Positions 34,230 through 44,194 of a stretch of DNA of 64,000 nucleotides are shown piece after piece. The DNA is from Hyaloraphidium curvatum SAG 235-1 (Eukaryota > Fungi > Monoblepharomycota). The position numbers were made by a program, and so were the translations under genes. The stretch's first letter is position 1; every line of letters starts with the position of its first letter. The stretch is from positions 496,001 through 560,000 of the forward strand of contig JAIVFI010000031.1 of the NCBI GenBank assembly GCA_025558095.1. The letters are read 5' to 3'. Below the pieces are notes generated by a model. It saw only the letters and a program-made list of their open reading frames with translations. It ran no database searches and had not been told where the DNA came from.

Positions 34230-36826
34230 ATGACCCGACAATTACTCTTCCCCGCCGCGGCCTTTGTGGTCGCGCTCGCGGCCGCTGCGGCGCCGGCCGC
34301 AGGGCAGGCCCTGTTCGGCGTCCCACCTTTCGCCCCCGACGCGCCGCCCGGCGCCACGCCCGACCCGTGGACCTCGCAGCGCTTCTCGGCAACCGTCGAC
34401 GCGGCGCTGCTCGGGGCCGCCGGCCCGCGCGAGATCGCGCTGGACATGTTCGGCCGGCGCGTGGTCGCCGTGAAGGACCGCTCCGAAACCGACGCGAGCA
34501 CCGGCGCCGTCTCGTACTTCGGCACCGTCGCCGGGGAGCCCATGTCGTCGGTGGTCTTTGTGGCCGAGCAGGACGGCCGCGTGGCAGGCACCGTGCGCAC
34601 GATGAACAAGTCCTACGCCGTGCTGCCCCAGGACTCGTCGATCCACTCGGTCGCCGAGCTGGACGTGCGCGCCTTTCCCGCCGAGGCGCACCCCCTCGTG
34701 CCGCAGGAAGACCTGCCGCCCGTCCCGGCCCGCTTCTGGACCGGGCGCCGGCTCTCCGCGCGCCAGGTCGCCACCATCGACGTGCTCGTGGTCTACACCC
34801 CGCAGGCCAGGGCGGCCGTGGGGGGCACCGCCAACATGGAGGCCCGGATCCGGCTGGCCGTGGCCGAGACCAACCAGGCCTACGCCAACTCCCGGATCAA
34901 CATGGTCATGCGGCTCGCGCACGCGGCCGAGATCGGCTACGGTTCGGGCGGGGACATGTACCAGGACCTGGACAGGCTCACGGCCACCTCGGACGGGTTC
35001 ATGGATGAGGTGCACATCCTGCGGGACAACTACGGCGCCGACGTGGTGTCGCTCTGGGTCTCGGTCGGCTCGTACTGCGGCCTCGGTGCGTCCTTCGCCC
35101 TCCCCGCCTGCCCGCTGATCTCACCCGTCACCTCCCTCGCCCCGGCCCCAGGCTGGCTCATGGGGGCCCCCAGCCTCGGCTTCGCCAGCTACGCGTTCAA
35201 CGTGGTGCACTACTCGTGCGCCACGGGCTACTTCTCCTTCGGCCACGAGGTCGGGCACAACATGGGCGCCAACCACGACCGCGCAAACAGCGGCGGCGGC
35301 CAGTCGTACCCGTACTCGTACGGGTACCAGGAGCCCACGGGGCTGTGGAGGACGATCATGGCGTACGATTGTCCGAAGGGGTGCGCGCGGCTGCAGTACT
35401 TTTCGAACCCGGCCGTGACCTACAACGGGCGCGCCATGGGGATCGACTCGACGCAGGCCAACGGGGCCGACAATGCGCGGACGTTCAACAACCACGCGCA
35501 GATCATGGCCGCCTGGCGCGCGGAGGTGACCAACCCGCGGACCTTTACGACGTGGACGGCCAAGACCACGACGTCGCGCACCCGCACGTCCTCGACGTCG
35601 CGCACCTTGACAACGTCGACCACTAGGACGGCGTCGACGACCCTGACCACGGTTGGTCCCTCCGCGCTGCGTTCGTTGCTTCCCCGTAGTTAAATCCCCG
35701 CATCCAGACCTCCCGCACGACCACCACCCTCTCCCCCAACGCCTTCACCCGCTGCGGCGGCTCCTTCCCCATCGAAGACCTCCTCTCCACCAACTCCTCC
35801 CTCATCTCCGACATCCCCACCTCCCTGACCCGCCTCGCGGTGCGGATCGACATGCAGCACACGTACCTCTCGGACATCGAGATCACCCTCGTCCGCGAAT
35901 CCGACGGCCTCTCGGCGGTGCTGTACCAGTTTGCCGGCTGCGAGTTCACCGCCTACGAGGGCGCCTCCTTCTCCTTCGACGACGGCGAGCCCGCGCTCCT
36001 GGGCGACGCCTGCGACGGCGGCGGGTTCAGGCCCGCCGAGGGCTTCGCGAGGTTCCTGGGCGGGCCGGCGGGCGGGAAGTGGACGCTGTCGGTGCTGGAC
36101 GGGTGGCAGGGGGAGACGGGACAGGTGTACGGGTGGTGCATCGAGGGGGAGGCGGCGCCGGCCTCGTCGACGGCGACCGCGACGACCGAGGCGCGGGCGA
36201 GCACCACCGGGACGGCGAGCACGACGCGGACGACGACGTCGCGGAGCACCTCGAGGACCGAGACCACGGTGGGTTGCATGCCTGCGGTGCCCGATCGCGC
36301 GGCTGACGATGCCGGTTCCGCCTGCAGTCCAGGACGAGGACGACGTCGACGTCCCGCACCCGTACCACGACTACATCAAAGGTTGGCTTATTCCTCTTCA
36401 AGGCGCACGCTGCAGCCGCTTACCTGCCTTGCCGCCCGGCAGACGCGCACTACGACTACGTCGAACACCCGCACGACGACGACTTCGAAGACCCGCACGA
36501 CGACGGACACGAAGGTGGGCTTCCCGCTGCCAAAGTTTCTGCGAAGGCGCTCACCTTTCCGATCGCAGACGCGCACCTCGACGACGACGAAAACCGCCAC
36601 CTCCAGCACCACCCGCGTCGCGCGGACGACCAGCGCCCCCGCGCAGGACGGTTCGCGGCGCACGACCAGCAGGCCCGCCGCGCTACCTGCCAAGTCCACC
36701 ACCCGCGGGCCGGCAGGGGACGCGGTCCGGAGGCCCACGACGCGGAGGGGGAGGAAGGCGACGACGAGGCGCAGGACCACGACGAGGAAGGCGAGGGGGA
36801 GGGTGGGGGCGTTCCAGTGGGGCTGA
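34230..36826 (+). CDS. Secreted metzincin (reprolysin-like/peptidyl-Asp metalloendopeptidase-like) with proprotein-convertase P-domain and Thr/Arg-rich tail, copy A
   Basis: Signal peptide, prodomain, IDVLVVYT, ETNQAYANS, RDNYGADVV, zinc motif HEVGHNMGANHD, Met-turn RTIMAY. P-domain QHTYLSDIEITL..GKWTLSVLD. Several introns. Confidence 0.9.
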
Positions 36827-37393
36827 TTGCACGGGCTGGATGGGGACGACGAGAGAGGAAGGGCCCGCATGGAAGGGGCGTGTATATTCTGGAAACGCTG
36901 AACATCTGGACATCATCGCAGCGGTCACGGCTACCGGATTTCGCCGTGAGACGTGGACTCACCGCAGTAGTCGGGGCCCCGACGCCCCGATCGGCCACTG
37001 ACTCGACATCGCCGTCGTCCGCCGGCGACCCCGAGGGCTCACGTCCCCTCCTCACTCGGCCACAAGCATGGATTCTGAGGATTCTTGGGGCCGCATGGCG
37101 GGTCGATCGGGGTGGGTTGCTGCCGCGGCGGCCTGACGGACAGGCGGGCGTCCCGAATCGGGCTGTCTCCCACCGACGTCCCCGAAACGCCGCAGAACGC
37201 AGTCCGAGGGCGCCCACGCGGTCCCACAGCGGCGCTTCAATGCCATCCAGTGGCATCACTGCCCGCACCGGGGTCCCGATGCACGCCGTGCATCCCCGTC
37301 CCCGCGCAGATCGCCAGGGTTCTTGGACCCAGAACCGAGTCAGCGCCCGCCCCTTAGCCGCTCCCCCTGCCACACCCCCCAAACGCAGTAGCC

Positions 37394-37849
37394 ATGCCCC
37401 CCGTCAAGCCGCACCCGCGCAGGGCGTCGCGGCCGTCGCCCTCTGCCTTGCCCGCCCGCGCCGGGGAGGCCCCCGTGGCGCCGAGACCGACGCCCGCCGC
37501 TCCGGCCATCTGGGTCCTCCTGCCGCTCCCTCCCACGCCTCCGCCGACTACCGCCAACAAGGCGGCATTGCCACGAGCTCCGACGCCCCCGGGGGCGTCC
37601 GCCGCCCTCTTGCCGGCGCATGCCGCGCCACTCCCCGCCGACGGCGTGTTCCTCCCATCCCCCTGCGGCCCGGCGTCGCCGCTGCTTGCCGCTTCGGAGG
37701 GGGGCGCGGGGGACGGGTGGTCGTTGGCCTCCGAGGACGGTACTGGGGGAACGGAAGGGGAGAAAGGGGAGGAGGACAGGGAGGGGGAAGGGTGGGAAGG
37801 GTGGCCGTTTGGGGAGGGGGGGTTCGGGGAGGCGCTCGAGTGGGATTGA
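37394..37849 (+). CDS. Small orphan protein: basic, then Pro-rich, then acidic/Trp-rich C-terminus
   Basis: 151-aa ATG-initiated ORF showing the C-rich-to-G-rich gradient seen in real genes of this window. No family recognised. Confidence 0.4.
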   Translation: MPPVKPHPRRASRPSPSALPARAGEAPVAPRPTPAAPAIWVLLPLPPTPPPTTANKAALPRAPTPPGASAALLPAHAAPLPADGVFLPSPCGPASPLLAASEGGAGDGWSLASEDGTGGTEGEKGEEDREGEGWEGWPFGEGGFGEALEWD

Positions 37850-38271
37850 TGGCAAATGGAAGGGTCGGGATGGGCTCCAAAGGGCACTTATAAGCAGGCT
37901 TGATTGGGTCGGACGGTCGGCCAAAGCGGGTAGTTAGGGGACGTCCCCAAGGATACCATGAGTCACGTTTGACAAAACACAGTGTTACGCGCTGCAGGGG
38001 CGCATAGATACACAGTCCATCCATCAATGAGGGTTGCGATGCCGCAGTAGGTGGTTTTTCGCGGCGGTCCCGGACCGCCTGAACGCAAAACAGTCAGAAG
38101 AGTCACTCGTCCGACGAGGAGTCATTCGCCGACAGTAGGAAGTGTCATCCAGCCGCGTCCTTCCGGGCGACGCGGGGGCACAGAGATAGTCATAGGCAAT
38201 AGAGCACGCGACAAGGGCTGCGGCGGAGGGCAGGAGGCAGGCGATGGGCGGCAACGGAGGCAGAGAGCCCA

Positions 38272-38839
38272 TCAAACCGAAGCGGCCTCGATGTCGAGGT
38301 ACTCGTCGAACGCCCACGGCGCATCGGCCTCGGGGGCAAACAGCGGCACCCCCCGCGCGTCCTCGACGTCCAGGGGCGACATCAGGTCCACGATCTCGGC
38401 GAACAGCGAGTCGCCCCTGACGGGGGTCCCCGAGGCCAGCAGTGGGGCATCGGCCCACAGGTCGTGCTCAAAGTCGGCCAGCGCCGAGGAGGGCGATGGA
38501 GGGACCTCCGACAGCGCGAGGTCGGGCAGGTCGATGTCCGACGTGGGAGAGCCCTGCGAAAGCGGGGTCCACACTGGCGCGGGCGGGTCGGGGTCCGCGG
38601 CCGCCGGGGCCGGCGGGGCCGTGCGGGGCGCCGCACCCGGCGCAGTCCACTCGGTGGTCGCGTCCCACAGCACCGCGCGCGTCGGAAACACGATGTTGGC
38701 GAGCGACGGCGAGCGGCCGGCGGGCGGCGGGCTCGATTGAGAGAGCGCGCGCGCGCGCCGCGGCGACGGCGGAGGGGCGCGCCCGCGGGCGGGCGACGAC
38801 CGCATGCGGCGCGCGGGCGAGGGCGGCGAGCGGGCCATG
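38272..38839 (-). CDS. Small orphan protein: basic, then Pro-rich, then acidic/aromatic C-terminus
   Basis: MARSPPSPARR.. to ..PWAFDEYLDIEAASV. The tail resembles an acidic activation domain. Confidence 0.45.
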
Positions 38840-39620
38840 GCTGCCGGAGGTGGGATGGGACGTCCCCGGTGAATGCGAGTTCGGAGGGAAGTGAGGGGCT
38901 GGTCCCTAGCTCGCCGACCATGTGCTTTCCACGCCGAAAGTTCGACCCCAATCACGCGGGCGCCGCCTCCGGACTCCCAAATAGAGCCTCCAGGCACGTT
39001 CCGCCGGCCGGATGGACACCTTCGGCGCCGCCCTGGCCCCGCCCCGGTCCCCGATTGCTCGTTTGTCTCCCCCGGCGCCTGAACTGGCCAGCGGCCTGGG
39101 CCCTACCAGCACAGCGATCGCGCTCCCCTGGAATCGCACGTATCTCCGTCCCCATCGCACACCGGGTCTCCGCACCAGCACATCGTGGGTATGCAAATCA
39201 GATCCAAGATTCTCCGGTCACGGATGGCTCCCTGCGCCGGGGTTGAGTCCCCGCCTGGTTCGGAGACCGCCCCGCCGGCTTCCCGCCTCGCCGACCTGCC
39301 GCATTGCCGCTACTCTCTTCTGTTCCCCCGGCGACTCCTCCGGCACCCGACGACCCTCTCGGCCCTGCGCATCCGATGGCCGGCAAGGGGCCTGCGCCCC
39401 GCGGCAGATAGACTTAGCGCGTTCGGGTCTTCCGGGACGCTCCGAAAGGCTGCGGCTGGCCGGCCGCCGGCCGGCCACCAAAAAGCCGCGCTCCGACGCT
39501 CCGACCGATCGATCCGATGCGCGATGCGATGCCAAGTGCTCAGCATTTCCAGGGTATCCCTCACATGGGCCCGGATCCTCCGGCCCTCTAGCTCTCTCCC
39601 GCACCCATCCCGCCCCGCGC

Positions 39621-42361
39621 TCATCCCCACTGCAACGCCGCCACCCTCCTCCTCGCCCCCCGCGTCGTCGTCCTCCGCCTCGTCGTCTTCCTCCTCACCC
39701 GCCGCGTGGTAGCCCTGGCGTCCGCCGCCGGGGCACGCGTGGTCTTTTTTGCGGGGAGCACGGCGGCGCCCTTGCGCGTGGTGGCCTTGGACACGTCCCG
39801 CGCGGGGACCGAGGTGGTCCAGCGGCCTTTGCGCGTGGTGCGCACGGTGGTCGTGCGGGTGGTGCGGGTGGTGCTGGTGGTTTTCGTCTGCGGATGGGAG
39901 GATGAACATCGTTGAAGCCCGCACATGCATGGCAAAGCATACCTTCGTGTCCGTCGCGGTGCGGGTCTTCGTCGTCGTTTTCGTGCGGGTCTTGGTGTCC
40001 GTGGTCGTGCGCGTCTGCCGGACGGCAAGTTAGGTGAACGGCCGCCGCTGCGCGCCCCACGAAGAAGCCCACCTTTGTGTCCGTGGTCGTGCGCGTGTTG
40101 GAAGTCGTCGACGTCGTTTGCGTGCGAGTCTAAGGGGGGGGGGGGACGGGAATGGCACCGTCAGCTTGCGATCGGGCCCGTGGAACCAGACAACCAACCG
40201 CGGTCTCGGTCCTAGTGCGGCTCGCAGTCTCGGTCCTAGTGCGGCTCGCGGTCTCGGTTCTAGTGCGGCTCTGCGACGTCGTCGACGCCGTCTGCGTCGC
40301 CGATGCGGTCTCGGTGCTGCTCTGCGCCGGCGCTGTGGTGGTGGGCGCGGGCTGGGTCGTGCTCGCAGCCCGAACGGTCGTGCTCGCCGCCGGGACAGTC
40401 GTGCTCCTCGCAGGCGCCGTGGTGCTCTGCGCCGGCACCGTCGTGCTCTCGGCACCTCCGGCCGTCGACGTGGCCGGCGCCGCCTCGCCCACCATGCACC
40501 AGCCGAACACGGTCCCCGTGTCCTGGCTCCACGAGTCCAGCACCGACAGTGTCCACCTCCCCGCGGCCGGGGCGCCCAGGAACCGCGACAGCGCGTCAAG
40601 CGGCTTGAACACGGTGCCGGTGCAGCTCGTCCCCAGCGGTGCCGATGCCGCGTCGTCAAAGGCAAAGGTGACCCGGGTGGTGGCGTACGGGATGCACCCG
40701 GCGCTGCGGTACAGCACGGCGGCCAGGCCGTCCGAGGCGCGGGTGAGGGTGATGGTGAGGTCTGAGAGATACGTGTGCTGCATGTCGAGCTGGACCGAGA
40801 GGCGGGTGAGCGGGGAGGCGAGGTCCGCGTCGAGGGTGCTGTTGCGCGAGCCGAGGTCGACGATGGGGAAGGAGCCGCCGCAGCGGACGAAGCCGTTGGC
40901 GGGGATGGTGGTCGTCGTGCGCGAGGTCTGCATGCAGATGCGTTAGGAGGGGAGGCAAGGGGTCGCGGCGGGAGCGTACCGTGCTCCGGGTCGTCGAAGT
41001 CGTCCGGGTGCGCGAGGTCGTGGTCGTGGGGGTCTTTACCGTCCACGTCGTCACCGTCTGCGGGCTGGTCACTTCGGCACGCCACGCGGCCATGATCTGC
41101 GCGTGGTTGTTGAAGGTCCGCGCGACGTCGGCGCTGTTGGCGAGGGTCGAGTCCACGCCCATGGCGCGCCCGTTGTAGGTAACCTCGGGGTTGGAAAAGT
41201 ACTGCAGCCGGGTGCACCCGTTGGGACAGTCGTACGCCATGATGGTCCTCCACAGGCCCGAGGGCTCCTGGTACCCGTACGAGTAGGGGTACGAGCCGCC
41301 GCCGCCGCCGCTGTTTGCGCGGTCGTGGTTGGCGCCCATGTTGTGGCCGATCTCGTGGCCGAAGGTGAAGTAGCCCGTGGCGCACGAGTAGTGCACGACG
41401 TTGAAGGCCCAGCCGGCAAAGTCCAGGCTCGGGGTGCCCATGAGCCAGCCTGCGGGAACGGAGAGGGTTAAGAGTTGGTGCATTTGCCAGCAGGTCCAGA
41501 CGAACCGATGCCGCAGTAGGCGCCGACCGAGGTCCACAGCGAGACGACGTCGGCGCCGTAGTTGTTGCGCAGGATGTGCACCTCGTCCATGTACCCGTCA
41601 GAGACGGCGGTGAGCCGGTCCAGGTCCTGACCCATGTCGTTGGCCACGTAATTTATCTCCTGCATGTACGCCAGCCGCATGACCATGTTGATGCGGGAGT
41701 TGGCGTAGGCCTGGTTGGTCTCGGCCACGGCCAGCCGGATCCGGGCCTCGATGTTGGCGGTGCCGCCGACCGCCATCCTGACCTGCGGGGTATACACGAC
41801 GAGGATGTCTATGGTGGCGACCTGGCGCGCGGCCAGCCGGCGCTCGGTCCAGAAGCGCGCCGGGACTGGCGGCAAGTCCGCCTTCGGCACCTGAGGGTGC
41901 GCCTCGGCGGGGAAGGCGCGCACGTCGAGCTCGGCGACCGAGTGGATCGTGTCGTCCTGCGGCAGAACGGTGTACGACTTGTTCATCGTCCGCACGGTGC
42001 CCGCCACGCGGCCGTCCTGCTCGGCGACAAAGACCACCGATGACATCGGCTCCCCGGCGACGGTGCCGAAGTACGAGACGGCGCCGGTGCTCGGGTCGGT
42101 TTCGGAGCGGTCCTTCACCGCCACGACGCGGCGCCCGAACATGTCCAGCGCGATCTCGCGCGGGCCGGCCGCCCCGAGCAGCGCCGCGTCGACGGTTGCC
42201 GAGAAGCGCTGCGAGGTCCACGGATCGGGCCTGGCGCCGGGTGCGGGGTCGGGGGCGAAGGCCGGGACGCCAAAGAGCGCCTGCCCGGCTGCGGGCGCCG
42301 CCGCCGCCGCCGCGAGCGCGACCACGAAGGCCGCGACGGGGAAGAGTCTTTGTCGGGTCAT
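39621..42361 (-). CDS. Secreted metzincin with P-domain and Thr/Arg-rich tail, copy B (inverted paralog of 34230-36826)
   Basis: MTRQRLFPVAAF, near-identical pro and catalytic domains, HEIGHNMGANHD, RTIMAY, QHTYLSDLTITL..GRWTLSVLD, ends LQWG*. Same intron positions as copy A in the catalytic/P-domain region. Confidence 0.9.
40203..40447 (-). repeat. Coding tandem repeats in the protease B stalk
   Basis: Three copies of a 24-nt unit (SRTRTETA) and about six degenerate 21-nt units (STTVPAQ-like). Confidence 0.8.
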
Positions 42362-42944
42362 TGGAGGTTCAAGACAAGGTTCCGAAGGCGAAAAAGGTAT
42401 CCCCTTGACGGCAAGCACTGGTTCGTCAGCAGCCTTGACGGCTGGAGATGCCGCAGTTAGGGACTGGCTGTGCTCGAACCTTTGCTCGGAGGCCCCGCGT
42501 GCGGGGGTTTTTCGTGGAGCAGCCAACAGTGATGCTCAGTCTGGCTCCGGATCACCGGCAACCTGTCAGGTGTGGTCGTCGTGGCGCCGGGGTTGGTTTC
42601 GCGTCCCTGGGACGCTCGGTCCAGGCCGTAGGCGGTCCGCCGTTCCGATGCCGCCCGGCGCGCTCACTCAAAGAACTTACTCACATCGCCGCACTCAACC
42701 TTCTCAAAAGGTTTCACTGGGAGCATGATACGTAGCGGACCCGGCCGGACCTCGCCCGTGGGCATCCTCCGGTCTTGTGACGGCGCAAAAGGTCCAAAGG
42801 CAAGGTGACGATCCGATGGAACGATTTCTTAGCGGTGGCGAACTGTCTGAATCGACCTTGTAGTATCGTAGCACGGCCTGACCGCCCTAGCACAATGTCC
42901 ACGACCCGTTTGTCTGCCTGATTCAACCCGGTTGACCGTCCGAA

Positions 42945-43966
42945 TCACGCCCTCGACTCCCACGCCTTCCTCCAGAAAGACCTGCCACGCTCGGAACCGC
43001 CCTCGGCGACAAACTCCTCGAGATTCTCCGCCTCCTTGATCGCTTCCCTGGCCAGCTTCGCCTCCTCCTTCCCGTGCGGCACGTGCGCGTTGAGCAGCTG
43101 CAGTGCGCGGACGGACTTGGGCACACCGAGGGCGATCAGCTCCGCCGGATCCCAGAAGTCGACCTCGAGCTCCTCGAAGGAAGAAAGAAGGAGGGGGGGG
43201 GGGAGAGGGAAGGGGGGGGGGGGGGGGGGGGGGGGGGCAGCGTGCTGACCTCGCTTTCCACGGAGCGGATGAGGGAGGCGAGGCGGGGGTAGGCGCCGAT
43301 GTCGAAGCATCCCAGGCCGTCACTTGCGAAGTGGACCTCGGCGAGGCAGGGGAGGCCTTCGATCTGCCTGAGCAAGGGGGCGACCTCCCGGGCGGCCTGG
43401 TCGCTCCTGTCGTCCCCGTAAGACATTTCAAACTTGATCTTGAGGTATTCGAGCGAAGCAGGGGGGTGGAGTGCACCGCACACTCGATCCCGGCCCGAGT
43501 CGATCGCCACGTCGAGCACCTTGAGGTTGCCGAGCGCCCCGATCGCGCGCACCGCCCGCTCAACGAGCCCGTCTTTGCCCGAAAAGAACTCGATGGAAAG
43601 AGTCTCGAGGTTCTTGCAGCCCCCCAGGATCCGGACTTCGGCCTCAATGAGCTCGTAACCGCCGCCAACGCCCCGCAGCTCCTTGGTCGCCTCGAACTTG
43701 CCCAGCTCCAGCGCGTCGGCGCTCATGGCTTCGACCTTTTCCTTGGCCACTCTAAAGACGGTGTCGCTGCTTCCGAGGTCGATACGACGGTAAAGCTTTG
43801 GCACGACGGCGACCAGGAGGGCGCGGCAGCTGGACCCGAGGCGGAGCAGCGAGCCGAGCCGCTTCCTGGCCGCGAGGTGGTCGATGACCAGGTCGAAAGC
43901 GGTGAGCATCGAGAAGGACATGGGCTGCTGGTGTTCGGCCATCGTTGTGTGTGGATGGGTTGACAT
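42945..43966 (-). CDS. F-box-like/LRR-like protein, 2 exons
   Basis: FDLVIDHL..LLRLGSSCRALLVAVVPKLYRRIDL, then LRR-like CKNLETLSI, LGNLKVLDV and SLEYLKI. The in-frame intron contains a poly-C tract. Confidence 0.65.
43193..43237 (+). repeat. Poly-G tract (intronic; poly-C on the sense strand)
   Basis: G11-agagggaa-G26 read directly from the sequence. Confidence 0.9.
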
Positions 43967-44194
43967 CGTGGCGATGGCGATAGCGGGGCTTCCCGCACGC
44001 AACCACACCATGAAGTGCAGTCATGAAATCGGCCCTTGAACCTCTTCTAATCAAGTATCCTCTCACTCGGTGCTGCTTTCCCAAGAATAAGGAAGCTTGG
44101 CGGAATAGGAAGCGGAAGCGCAATGGCGAATATCGATGAATGCATTGCAAATGATCAGAGCAAACGAAATACAATTGAATGAACCCAGCGTCGT

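Noticed and set aside
40203-40447. Short direct repeats as a possible CRISPR array
   Set aside because: Contiguous in-frame coding repeats with no unique spacers, no cas genes, and a eukaryotic context.
34230-42361. Large inverted repeat as transposon ends
   Set aside because: The arms are whole protease genes and no transposase lies between them.
43136-43260. Polyproline stretch in ORF translations
   Set aside because: It comes from the intronic poly-C tract; in-frame GT-AG sites remove it.
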